A stretch of 64,000 nt of DNA from Nitrosopumilaceae archaeon. GTDB lineage: Archaea > Thermoproteota > Nitrososphaeria > Nitrososphaerales > Nitrosopumilaceae. The translations under genes and the position numbers were made by a program. The stretch spans positions 64,001 to 128,000 of the forward strand of contig CBDATR010000024.1 in assembly GCA_965200155.1 (NCBI GenBank), in the 5' to 3' direction. Numbering within the stretch: the stretch's first letter is position 1; every line of letters begins with the position of its first letter. Below the pieces are notes generated by a model. It was not told where the DNA came from. It searched no databases and worked only from the letters and a program-made list of their open reading frames with translations. This document shows, piece after piece, positions 41,368 to 51,300 of the stretch.

Positions 41368-43185
41368 ATGGAACGCCTCCGAAGAGTGGTGGTGGACACC
41401 AGTGTCGTTATAAACGGACAACTGGAAAGTCTCATTAGTGTAGGAGAGTTACGCGGTTGTGAGATCGTAATCCCCCAGGCCGTTATAGACGAGTTGTATG
41501 ATCAGGCCGCAATGCATCACCAATACGGCCGGGACGGGTTAGACATGCTGGCAAGATTATACAAGAATGCCAAGGAAGATGGAACGAATATAACAATACA
41601 CGGAAACCATGCGGCCGAGAATCCCGATGTTGCAAGTCCTGTACGCGTAGGCTCCATAGTAAATGACGCGGCCAAGCGACTGCGGGCTACATTGTATACA
41701 TCAGACAGATTGCAACATGCAGTAGCCCAGGCACAGGGAATCGAGACCACATTATTGTCTACAGAGATCAAGGCCGAGGAGTTGGAATTCCACCAGTACT
41801 TCGATGAAGACACCATGAGTGTACACCTCAAAGAGGGATTGCCGCCCGCGGCCAAGCGCGGTGGGCCTGGCTCGTTCATAATGGTAACGCTAGAAGAGAA
41901 AGCCCTGGAATATCAATACATGGATCATATGGTTTCAAAGATAATGGATGCCGCCCACAGTGCCAGGGGAATGATAGAGATTGAGAAGCCGGGTGCTACA
42001 GTAATACAGTATGGCAATTATCGCATAGTCATAACACGCCCACCCTTCTCAGAATCCACAGAGATAACTATAGTGCGCCCCATGGTAAAGATGTCTTTGG
42101 ATGATTACGATCTCTCCGAGGAACTTATGGAGCGATTCTCCAAGCGAGCCGAGGGCATAGTCGTATCCGGCCCCCCAGGATCCGGCAAGTCTACCTTGGC
42201 ATCCAGTCTTGCAGACTTTTACAATGAACGGGGACGCATAGTCAAGACATTCGAGTCTCCAAGAGATCTACAGGTGACCCCGGGCATAACGCAGTATACA
42301 AAATTGGACGGCAGTTTCGAGAACTCCGCGGATGTTCTCTTGCTGGTACGCCCTGATTACACCATATTCGACGAGGTACGGCGCCGAGAAGATTTTGACA
42401 TATTTGCGGATCTGAGACTGGCAGGTGTTGGAATGATAGGCGTAGTTCACGCCAACTCACCAATAGACAGCATACAGCGATTCATAGGAAAGATAGAGTT
42501 GGGCATAATTCCCAGCGTATTAGATACGGTAGTATTCGTAAAGGATGGAGGCATAGAGAAGGTATACGAGTTGGAACTGAAGGTAAAGATGCCGTCAGGT
42601 ATGTCCGAGGCAGACCTGGCACGGCCAGTTATCGAGGTGCGGGACTTTGCATCCAAGACCCTGGAGCACGAAATCTATACCTTTGGTCAGGAGAATGTCA
42701 TAGTCCCCGTAGCCGGTACTGTAAGCAGTAGTGTGAATGGCATAGCAGAGGACAGTATACGAAGAGTGTTTGAGCGGTATGACCCCAACGTTGAAGTGGA
42801 GATACTCTCAGAGAACAAGGTGCTGATACGCGTGGCCAAGCAGTCCATATCCAGCATAATAGGGCGACGGGGCTCAAACATTAGCGACCTGGAACGCAAA
42901 CTTGGTATATCCATCGATGTGGAGGAGCGTAACGGGGAACAGGTACCAACAGGTCAGGATGTACCAGTCCGCATGTCCGAGTCAAAGAATGTGCTCATAT
43001 TTGATGTTGGCAAGGAGTACTCATCCATGCAGGCAGCAATATTTGTCGGCGACACGTATCTGACATCTAGGCGCGTAGGCCACAAAGGACAGGTGAGACT
43101 GCCAAAGCGCTCAGACGCGGCCAATCGCCTCATAGACCTGGCATCCTCTGAGAGCGATGTTCGAGTCACTATTCGAGATGGGTAA
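41368..43185 (+). CDS. PINA-type PIN-domain/ATPase/KH protein
   Basis: VVDTS PIN motif, GPPGSGKST Walker A, FDEVR, KH domain IIGRRG. Confidence 0.92.
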   Translation: MERLRRVVVDTSVVINGQLESLISVGELRGCEIVIPQAVIDELYDQAAMHHQYGRDGLDMLARLYKNAKEDGTNITIHGNHAAENPDVASPVRVGSIVNDAAKRLRATLYTSDRLQHAVAQAQGIETTLLSTEIKAEELEFHQYFDEDTMSVHLKEGLPPAAKRGGPGSFIMVTLEEKALEYQYMDHMVSKIMDAAHSARGMIEIEKPGATVIQYGNYRIVITRPPFSESTEITIVRPMVKMSLDDYDLSEELMERFSKRAEGIVVSGPPGSGKSTLASSLADFYNERGRIVKTFESPRDLQVTPGITQYTKLDGSFENSADVLLLVRPDYTIFDEVRRREDFDIFADLRLAGVGMIGVVHANSPIDSIQRFIGKIELGIIPSVLDTVVFVKDGGIEKVYELELKVKMPSGMSEADLARPVIEVRDFASKTLEHEIYTFGQENVIVPVAGTVSSSVNGIAEDSIRRVFERYDPNVEVEILSENKVLIRVAKQSISSIIGRRGSNISDLERKLGISIDVEERNGEQVPTGQDVPVRMSESKNVLIFDVGKEYSSMQAAIFVGDTYLTSRRVGHKGQVRLPKRSDAANRLIDLASSESDVRVTIRDG

Positions 43186-43630
43186 ACTTCTCGATGATAT
43201 GCGGGTTCGCCTTCAAGTATGTTACAAACTTTCGCAGCTGTGCCATTGTTTGCGGATCCAAATGATGTTCCACCCCCTCCGCGTCCCGATTGGCAGTATC
43301 TCCTGTTATACCCAATAGTTCAAAGAATTCCAGCAGTGTCCCGTGTCGTTGACGAATGGACTGGGCCACGTCACTGCCCTTCTTTGTCAGATGTATGCCG
43401 TGATACCGCTCATATTCCAGAAAGCCACCATCATCCAGTCTCCGGAGCATCTTTGTAACGCTAGGTGCACTTACACTCATGTATCTGGAGATATCCAGCG
43501 TGGTAGCATAGCCCTTAAGCTCTACCAGCTCGGCTATTACCTCCAGATAGTCTTCAGTTCTTGTACTGTATGGGTTTTTGTCCGCATCATGTGCCGCCCG
43601 AATGGATTCCAGTCTGCTATCCTTTTTCAT
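43169..43630 (-). CDS. DtxR/MntR family metal-dependent regulator
   Basis: EDYLE, VSAPSVTKML, RHGTLLEF, AEGVEHH. Confidence 0.93.
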   Translation of the reverse strand: MKKDSRLESIRAAHDADKNPYSTRTEDYLEVIAELVELKGYATTLDISRYMSVSAPSVTKMLRRLDDGGFLEYERYHGIHLTKKGSDVAQSIRQRHGTLLEFFELLGITGDTANRDAEGVEHHLDPQTMAQLRKFVTYLKANPHIIEKFTHLE

Positions 43631-43681
43631 AAGAATAAATGAGTCACGCGCATTAAAAAATGATTGAACCCATTACTAGCA

Positions 43682-45160
43682 TCATACAACCCGGACCGGT
43701 ACGCCCAATACACCACCCATGCGCGTACAGGCACGCTGGAGTATGGTGTGGGGAATAGATCTCACGGGATTGAGTATATGCATCTTTATTACCCCATCCT
43801 GTATATTCATATCCACACCAGCCTCGGCAGTCATGATCAATTCGCACAAGGCCAGAATGGGAGCCAGTTTGACCATGATCTTTTGGTCACCAGGACACAA
43901 TATGCCGGAATATCTGTCCAAAAGCAGCACAGTGCGCTTTGGTTTTTTAGAATATGATAATGAAAGGGCGACCAGCAGTTGTACACGGTGCGAAAGCATG
44001 CTAGGCTGATCAATTGCCCTGTACACAAAGTCGTCAGCATCACGAAAAGTCTGCAATGACTCTATGTTTGTAGCCGCAGCCAACAGCATACGAAACTCCT
44101 CGTGACTCAGCAGGCGTGATGAACTAATGAAATGAACCACGTCAGAGGCGCCCGCGGGTATTCGCTTCCTGCTGCGGGGCGGTCGCACAAGCTCCCGCAC
44201 ATGGTAATCGGATATGAAATTGTGATTAAACGCAGGGTACCTAGATGCCAGTGCCAGTACACCCTCCCGGAGACCCACGGAACTCACTGTAATCTCTTTG
44301 GAACTATACATGGAGACTATTTCCGATATAACGATGGCGCCGGCTTTTATGATATCTGCCCTACCCCGGCCTACCTCGTACATATCTGCCAACTCTGATC
44401 TGTCAATAGACAGCAGGGTCTCAGTCGTATCATGTATGGCAGATGGTTCTATTGTATAGTTGTGGAGTTTTTTCAGGGGATAGTCGGCGTGATTTTGAAT
44501 ATATCTTGCCAGTGTTCGCATGGCACCGCCTACCCCCACCAATGTGGCCTGATTCCTCCGGGAATCCAATATGCGAGGATCTGGAAGGATATCACGCAGA
44601 TATTCACGCAGGCGCTTTACAGACTGTTCGTTAAAGTCCGAGTCCCCGGCAAATTTTCGTGTCAGAACCAAGGCTCCCAAAGGGAGAGACAGGGTCTTCA
44701 GTATGGTATGATTCCGGGACGAGACAAATTCTAGTGATCCGCCACCAAGATCAAACATTATGGATGAGGGGATATTCAACTGGGTGGCCGCACCGGCATA
44801 TGAACACAGTGCCTCTTCCACACCGGATATCACAACAAAATCAAAACCTGACTCGCGGCTTATGGTATCCAATAATGATCCCCGATTGGCCGCATCGCGC
44901 ACTGCGCTGGTGGCCACGGCGCACACCTTGGAGACACCCTCATACTGCAGTATGTTCCTATACATGATAAGCGTGGGTATGAGTTCACTCAGTGCATCCT
45001 CATTTATCACCTTACTACCGTACTCGTCCAGACGCATCTTTTTAGACTCCCGACGATACGGGCGATAGACACCCGTACGATCCTTCTCATAGCAGACCAT
45101 CTTTAGCGAGTTAGAACCAAGATCAACCACGGCAATGGATTTTGAGCGCATACGAGTCAT
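43682..45160 (-). CDS. ppx: Ppx/GppA exopolyphosphatase
   Basis: DLGSNS, ATSAVRDA, GVEEA, DLGGGSLE, GLREG. Confidence 0.92.
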   Translation of the reverse strand: MTRMRSKSIAVVDLGSNSLKMVCYEKDRTGVYRPYRRESKKMRLDEYGSKVINEDALSELIPTLIMYRNILQYEGVSKVCAVATSAVRDAANRGSLLDTISRESGFDFVVISGVEEALCSYAGAATQLNIPSSIMFDLGGGSLEFVSSRNHTILKTLSLPLGALVLTRKFAGDSDFNEQSVKRLREYLRDILPDPRILDSRRNQATLVGVGGAMRTLARYIQNHADYPLKKLHNYTIEPSAIHDTTETLLSIDRSELADMYEVGRGRADIIKAGAIVISEIVSMYSSKEITVSSVGLREGVLALASRYPAFNHNFISDYHVRELVRPPRSRKRIPAGASDVVHFISSSRLLSHEEFRMLLAAATNIESLQTFRDADDFVYRAIDQPSMLSHRVQLLVALSLSYSKKPKRTVLLLDRYSGILCPGDQKIMVKLAPILALCELIMTAEAGVDMNIQDGVIKMHILNPVRSIPHTILQRACTRMGGVLGVPVRVV

Positions 45161-45633
45161 GTCATCATCACCATCTGTTTTGGGGTCAGCATGTACCTAA
45201 TTATCCCAGCACCGGACGGCATTATATTCACACATACCAGTCCGCCCTTCTTTATGGACAGAGATACCGCACTATCGCATACCATACTGGAAACCATACC
45301 CGAAAGATGCGGCTCGTGGCCAACTAGCATCACCGAGTCCACACCGGCAGCAAGTACGGATTTTGTAGTCACCTCCGGAATTATCTCCGGTTTTAACTCT
45401 TCCCAAGTAACAACGTCGCATTTGACATGGCCGGACACTATGGAGGCGGTCTGCATTGCCCGTACAAGAGGACTAGACGCCAATATATCCGGTCGTATAC
45501 CCATCTTTTTGATCACACTACCTATCTTTTCTATTTGTCGGCGGCCGGATATTGTCAAGGACCTCTGGTAGTCACTGGGCACCATTTGGGATGGCCGTGC
45601 AGCCTTGCCATGTCTTAGGAGAAATATATTCAT
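45157..45633 (-). CDS. sixA: SixA-like histidine phosphatase
   Basis: LLRHGKA, SSPLVRA, VGHEP. Confidence 0.88.
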   Translation of the reverse strand: MNIFLLRHGKAARPSQMVPSDYQRSLTISGRRQIEKIGSVIKKMGIRPDILASSPLVRAMQTASIVSGHVKCDVVTWEELKPEIIPEVTTKSVLAAGVDSVMLVGHEPHLSGMVSSMVCDSAVSLSIKKGGLVCVNIMPSGAGIIRYMLTPKQMVMMT

Positions 45634-45761
45634 GTAATGGTGTATCTGTTTATGAATATAGGATTTTTTATACGATAGATATATTGTTATATATACTATA
45701 AGACATTGTTATACTGGTAATAAGCGTCAATATTTTAACTGTGTAATTGCCACCATAACCA

Positions 45762-46079
45762 ATGTATGCACATGTGATAAAAGACAACGCCAGGCAGGCC
45801 GTCAGGATAATAGAGGACATGGCAAGCGCCGAAAGCGAGGGAGGCCCATACCAGCGCCGAATCATAACGGCCAAGGTAGAGGAACTAGAGCCCATACTTA
45901 GTGAGATAGCCGATGCCGCCAGGGCCAGTTCCCTCTCCAACGGCGAGGAGTTGGCGGCAGATATGGAGTCAATGTACAGGGAAGCGGGAAGCATAGTGAG
46001 TGGCACCAGTGGCAGCGAGTTCTATGATGATTGGAAGAGCAGGCTGGAGAGTGTTATACTGGACGCTTTCCGTCTCTAA
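45762..46079 (+). CDS. Hypothetical helical protein
   Basis: 105-aa ORF filling the gap after an AT-rich promoter region. Confidence 0.65.
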   Translation: MYAHVIKDNARQAVRIIEDMASAESEGGPYQRRIITAKVEELEPILSEIADAARASSLSNGEELAADMESMYREAGSIVSGTSGSEFYDDWKSRLESVILDAFRL

Positions 46080-46879
46080 AGTATATGGTGCAAGACTTCC
46101 ATGGAGCCGGCCACCGTATGTACAGGTGCCACCGTATGTGTTATCCGCGCCTTCCTGAGTTCCGCAGCGGTGAAGGGTCCAATGGACACCACCGGAATCA
46201 GGTTAAGTTTGTCGGCTACGTTATACTTGGAGGTGCGACCCATTATTTCCATAAATGCCCGTACCGATGATACGCTGGTAAATATAATGCCATGAATATC
46301 CCCGCGCTCCAGCATAGTGACAAATTCCAGCCATATGTCCCCGCCTTGATGGGGTTGTACATCATACGTGTACAATTCCCGTACATCAAACCCTATCTTT
46401 TTGAGTAGATTCCCAAGAAATGGTGTTGATGCACCACTGCGGGGCACCAGTACCCGGTTACGCGCCCGGTCCAGTCCGCTAAAGACCTCCCCTATACCCA
46501 CCGATGAGTACACTGATTTTGGCATTGAGTTGACTTGTATTCCATATCGCTCCAGCATTGCAGATGTCTTTGGTCCAACAGAGACGACGTTTGCATTGGC
46601 TGTGATAAAACGCGTCTGGTCTAAGGTGCCCTGGCGAGCAGCATCCTCAAAGAGTAGTGCCACTGCCCTGGAACTCATAAAGACGATGTGATCCGGTTTG
46701 TACTCGTTACACTCCCGCACGTATCCACCGGAGATATCATGGCCGCGCCCAACCAATTGTATGGTAGGAAGCGCCAGTACCCGGCCCCCCTCAGACTCTA
46801 CCATACCAATGAAATCCGCGGCATCCTTGGCTCCCCTAGTAATTGCTATATTTTTCCCGGAGAGGCTGCTCATATCCAA
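46076..46879 (-). CDS. hemD: Uroporphyrinogen-III synthase
   Basis: IAITR, VGPKT, FTS.SSV, SIGPFT; hem operon context. Confidence 0.9.
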   Translation of the reverse strand: MDMSSLSGKNIAITRGAKDAADFIGMVESEGGRVLALPTIQLVGRGHDISGGYVRECNEYKPDHIVFMSSRAVALLFEDAARQGTLDQTRFITANANVVSVGPKTSAMLERYGIQVNSMPKSVYSSVGIGEVFSGLDRARNRVLVPRSGASTPFLGNLLKKIGFDVRELYTYDVQPHQGGDIWLEFVTMLERGDIHGIIFTSVSSVRAFMEIMGRTSKYNVADKLNLIPVVSIGPFTAAELRKARITHTVAPVHTVAGSMEVLHHIL

Positions 46880-47610
46880 GATAGATCCTCGTGCAAATCC
46901 ACCACCTCGCCCACTATTATAACCACCGGCGGGCGCATTGTACTTGCCATGGCAGGCAGAGTGGATAGTGTACCAAACTTGATACTACTTTTCGCTGTTG
47001 TGCCACGATGTATGGCCACCGCGGGTGTGTCCGGGTTCATCCCCCCACTTACTAGATCATCAAATATGGAGCGCATCCTGTAGAGACCCATCATTATCAC
47101 TATCGTATCGACAGATTTGGCCAGACTCTTCCAGTCCACCGAGGGCTTGTCCTTGTCTGGATCTTCATGGCCTGTTACAAATGCTACCGAGGAGGAGTAT
47201 CTCCGGTGTGTGAGCGGTATGCCGGCATAAGTGGCCGAGGCATGTCCAGATGTTATACCGGGGATAATTTCAAAGGGAACAGAGTGTGCGCGCAGAAACT
47301 CCGCTTCCTCACCGCCCCGGCCGAACATGGTGGGATCTCCGCCCTTTAGCCTAACCACATGACTATATTTCTGCGCGGATTCCAGCATTATTTGATTGGT
47401 CGCATCCTGATGTGTGGTTTCATCACCGGGAGCGCGTCCTACACATATGAGAGATTTTGAGGAGTCGACAGTTTTCATGATAGCGTCACTAACAAGCCGG
47501 TCATACAGTATTATGTCAGCCTGACTGATTAGTTGTGTTGCCCTTACCGTAAGTAGTCCTGGATCCCCGGGTCCGGCGCCCACCAGGTATACGATACCCA
47601 TCTTATCCAT
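46870..47610 (-). CDS. cobA: Uroporphyrinogen-III C-methyltransferase
   Basis: VGAGPGDP, LYDRLV, RLKGGDP, PGITS. Confidence 0.95.
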   Translation of the reverse strand: MDKMGIVYLVGAGPGDPGLLTVRATQLISQADIILYDRLVSDAIMKTVDSSKSLICVGRAPGDETTHQDATNQIMLESAQKYSHVVRLKGGDPTMFGRGGEEAEFLRAHSVPFEIIPGITSGHASATYAGIPLTHRRYSSSVAFVTGHEDPDKDKPSVDWKSLAKSVDTIVIMMGLYRMRSIFDDLVSGGMNPDTPAVAIHRGTTAKSSIKFGTLSTLPAMASTMRPPVVIIVGEVVDLHEDLSWI

Positions 47611-47616
47611 GTATAA

Positions 47617-48534
47617 TCAACTGCCCCACTCCGACATGGTATGGCGCCATTTTAAACCAAGCTCGCCAGCACCCATATCCAAAAGGAGATTGCCGGCTTC
47701 CCGTCCAACTGATACGGGGTCTGTCCCGGCTGCACGAGCCACCATGGGAGCGGCTCCGTCCGGCAGGTATGCTGCTGCTGTGATACACACTATTTCATTA
47801 TCCGGGTACGCATAGACACCCACAGGAAAGCGGCATCCGGATCCTATGATATCAGACACAACACGCTCAGCCTCTGCGCATTTGCGGGAGGACTCGTCCT
47901 GAATGGATCTTAGTAGGGGCAATATGTCAGTATTATCGGCGCGAGCCACTATTGCCAGGGCACCCTGACCGGGAGAGGGAACGAACTTTTCCGTATCCAG
48001 TACATCATATGAGACATCCAGACCCAGTCGCCGGAGTCCTGCCTGTGCCAGTACAACAAAGTCAAAGTCCCCACCCACACGGGATACTCTGGTGTCAACG
48101 TTCCCCCGTATGGGCCGGATTGTTACATCAGGAAATTCCAGCCTTATCTGTGCCATCCGCCGTACGCTGCTGGTTCCTATGACATCACCGCGCGCAGGCA
48201 GACTTGCACCATTACGGCGTATCAGGACATCATTTGGCGGAAGACGGCGGGGCACGCATGCTATACCAAGTTCATCTGGAATGTCGGTAGGAACGTCCTT
48301 CATGCTGTGTACCGCAAAATCCGCGCGGCCACTGGTTACTGCAGCGTCCACCTCTCTCTCAAATATGCCGCGTCGCTCCATGCTGAAGAGCGGCCTCCGG
48401 TCCCTGTCGCCTTGTGTGGTGACCCGTAATATCTCAAATGTATCACTATGAGAGACTGCCTGCAGTTCCTGTATCACATGACCGGTCTGTGCCAGGGAGA
48501 GTTTGCTCCCCCTAGTGGCCACAGCATACCTCAT
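47617..48534 (-). CDS. hemC: Hydroxymethylbilane synthase
   Basis: TRGSKL, VHSMKD, GTSSVRR, RGNVDTR, GQGAL. Confidence 0.96.
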   Translation of the reverse strand: MRYAVATRGSKLSLAQTGHVIQELQAVSHSDTFEILRVTTQGDRDRRPLFSMERRGIFEREVDAAVTSGRADFAVHSMKDVPTDIPDELGIACVPRRLPPNDVLIRRNGASLPARGDVIGTSSVRRMAQIRLEFPDVTIRPIRGNVDTRVSRVGGDFDFVVLAQAGLRRLGLDVSYDVLDTEKFVPSPGQGALAIVARADNTDILPLLRSIQDESSRKCAEAERVVSDIIGSGCRFPVGVYAYPDNEIVCITAAAYLPDGAAPMVARAAGTDPVSVGREAGNLLLDMGAGELGLKWRHTMSEWGS

Positions 48535-49808
48535 GTCCTCATGCTCTCAAGGGACGTTTGGTATGACTCACATATCTTGTCTATATCGTCTGATGTCATG
48601 GCGCCGGACAAAAATACCGTCTCATACTGGGAGGGGGCAACAAATACTCCCTTTGCCAGAAGCAGATCAAACAGTGTCCGGAATCGCGCAGTGTCGGACT
48701 TTTTGGCAGTAACATAATCCTGAACCGCATGATCCGTAAAGAATACCTGCAGCATTGAAGAGATATTATTCACCTGACACAATATTCGATTATCCGCCGC
48801 GACATCCCGTATGGTCTTGGCTACCATGTCACAGTATCGCTCCAGTCTGGGATACAGATGAGCAGCAGTACGGTTTATCGTATTAATAGAAGATATAGCC
48901 GCGGCCGCAGCTATGGGATTTCCCCCAAAAGTGCTGGCCTGGTATGCAGGACCGCCAGGCGCAAGATCTTCCATTATGGCACGCTTCCCGCCTATGGCCG
49001 CCACTGCAAACCCATTCCCCAGAGCCTTTGCCAGGGTAGTCATATCGGGAGTTACAGAGTAGTATGATTGGGATCCCCCCGGAGACATACGGAATCCGGT
49101 AACTACTTCGTCAAATATCAGGGGCACACCCTGTTGCATAGTCATGTGGCGAACCTGTTGCAGAAAGTCATTACCAGGAGGTACAAGTCCCATATTCGCC
49201 ATTACAGGCTCCATTATAACACCGGCCACATCTTGGCGCGTCTCCAGAATATCTGCCAGTCCCGAGATATCATTGTATTTGGCCATGATTGTATGCCGGG
49301 ATATATCCGGCAGTACGCCCGCTGACGATGATATACCCATGTGTGCCGAACCGCTACCAGCCTTTGCCAGGACAGAGTCGTGGGCCCCATGGTAGCCTCC
49401 CTCAAACATCACTATCTTGGGGTTGCCCGTGTATGATCGCGCCAAGCGTATGGCAGCCATGGTAGCCTCCCCCCCGCTGTTCACCATACGGGCCATATCC
49501 ACGGAAGGATAATTGTGACATAACAGCTCAGAGACATACACTTCCAGCTCTGTGGGAATGCAAAAGAGCGTACCTTTCTCCATCTGCTCTATAACGGCCC
49601 GGATCACTGCGGGATGCCGATGACCCAGTAGTAGTGCCCCATAACCGTTACACATGTCAATCAATTCCTGGCCGTCCGCGTCCCATATTCGGGAACCCTC
49701 AGAGCGCCTTACAAAGAACGGGTACGGATCATAATGACGAACAGGGCTATTTACACCATGAGGTATACACTCCCTAGCCCTTCGGCTCAGAATGCGCGAT
49801 ACAGACAT
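48531..49808 (-). CDS. hemL: Glutamate-1-semialdehyde 2,1-aminomutase
   Basis: GVNSPVR, YHGAHD, FDEVVTGFR, TFGGNP, PSQYE. Confidence 0.96.
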   Translation of the reverse strand: MSVSRILSRRARECIPHGVNSPVRHYDPYPFFVRRSEGSRIWDADGQELIDMCNGYGALLLGHRHPAVIRAVIEQMEKGTLFCIPTELEVYVSELLCHNYPSVDMARMVNSGGEATMAAIRLARSYTGNPKIVMFEGGYHGAHDSVLAKAGSGSAHMGISSSAGVLPDISRHTIMAKYNDISGLADILETRQDVAGVIMEPVMANMGLVPPGNDFLQQVRHMTMQQGVPLIFDEVVTGFRMSPGGSQSYYSVTPDMTTLAKALGNGFAVAAIGGKRAIMEDLAPGGPAYQASTFGGNPIAAAAAISSINTINRTAAHLYPRLERYCDMVAKTIRDVAADNRILCQVNNISSMLQVFFTDHAVQDYVTAKKSDTARFRTLFDLLLAKGVFVAPSQYETVFLSGAMTSDDIDKICESYQTSLESMRT

Positions 49809-49861
49809 ATCGTTTCAAAATTACAACTGCCCATTTAAAATATGATACCGGTGATTTGGTA

Positions 49862-49977
49862 GTAACAGTATGGGTCGTGTAAAATATCGGGCATCCCCAT
49901 AACATATGCAAGACATTACAAGAAAGCATGTTCGCGGTGTATTTTGAACGGTTGCTCAGGGTGACCTAAACGATTAC
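49862..49977. mobile_element. Degenerate copy of the second (GTAAC) MITE family
   Basis: Both ends resemble those of 18706-18843; no TSD. Confidence 0.65.
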
Positions 49978-50020
49978 TAGAGAATGCTTAAACGGGTTAA
50001 ATCGCATCTTAAGACATTAA

Positions 50021-50281
50021 ATGCCAATAATTATAGCCGTGTTGTCTGCGACAATAGTAGTGTCTGTAATTGGTGGCGTTTACGGAAATCAAGCTGAGAT
50101 ATTCCATAGTATGCATGTGTCAACATCTGCCGCAGATGATGTCCGGATAAGGGATATTACAGATCCATTGACAGTAGTAACTAATGGTACTGGTGGTTTT
50201 ACAAATCTGGAGGGAGTATAGAGTATCAAGCTGCTCGACATGGATGACAAGGCATATGCCCTGATGTCAGTATATACAGAG
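50021..50281 (+). pseudogene. Remnant of a secreted LVIVD-repeat-like protein, truncated by IS481
   Basis: Signal-like N-terminus, VRIRDITDP...GFTNLEG, in-frame TAG, then KAYALMS. Confidence 0.55.
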
Positions 50282-51236
50282 TGTAATGTATGAAAAGTCG
50301 GTCCGCTAGTCATTGGCATCCTGCTCCATCCATTTTGCATCATTTACCCTAATTGTCTGGATCGCCTTTTTATTCCTGGAGTGGTGTTTCGCCGTTATCT
50401 ATATCCAGTGAGAAGTGCAATCTTCTCTCATTGTAGTAGTCGATATAATCCCGGAGACTGTCATGATGTCATATCTCATTGGACTCTTAAATAAGAGTCC
50501 CCTCGTCCTCAATCATTCCATGGAAGCGCTCCAGTTTGCCATTTGTCTGCGGGTGGTATGGTCTGGAATTGATTAGTATGATATCTTGATCCAGCAGTTC
50601 TTCCTAGAATAGTGTGGTTTTCCAGCTTTTCTTGCCCTTTTATTGTCCTACGAGACACGCGCCGTTATCCGAGATGCAAGGGCGCCGAATCGTTTCATTA
50701 CCAGTCTCAGTAGAGCGGCGTTCTCTGAGGTTGCATGCTCAAATAGTGCCGCTCCGACTATACACCTGGATGCATCAACTATGAGATTCAGTCCCTTGAA
50801 GCGCTAATCTTTCATGACATGCCAGTGCCACATTGCATTAGAATATTTACGCTCATAGCGTATCCACTCTGACTTTGCAAGTGATGAGCCTGCCGTACCG
50901 TTCTTTTTCATTATGCGATATACTGCGCGATATGTATCATGTCTAAGCCTCTTTGCAATACGTACTACTCCGGCGGGATCCTTGTGATATGCTTCAGTTA
51001 CCATTCGTATCTGGGTGGCGGTGATTGGTATCATAGGCCTGCCCGTCTTTACTCGAGTCGTTCCCGTTCTCTGGTTCACAATCTTCGTACGTGTCTTGTT
51101 TCAGGTCTTGAGCTATGTTGGTGGTGGCAACGCCTCTTTTGTCTTGATTCCTCTGTTATTCTCTTTACCATCTGACTTGTGCAATCTGAACTACTGTACA
51201 CCGGATCCTAAGCGGACTTACTTTTTGTACTATTGA
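50282..51236 (-). mobile_element. Degenerate IS481-family copy
   Basis: Reverse-complement match to 29022-30063 with many indels; no TSD. Confidence 0.88.
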
Positions 51237-51300
51237 ATTTACCCGGCCAAGACTTATGAGCGGCGCTATATTATCCATTGCCGCCAAGGCAGGGGCAATA

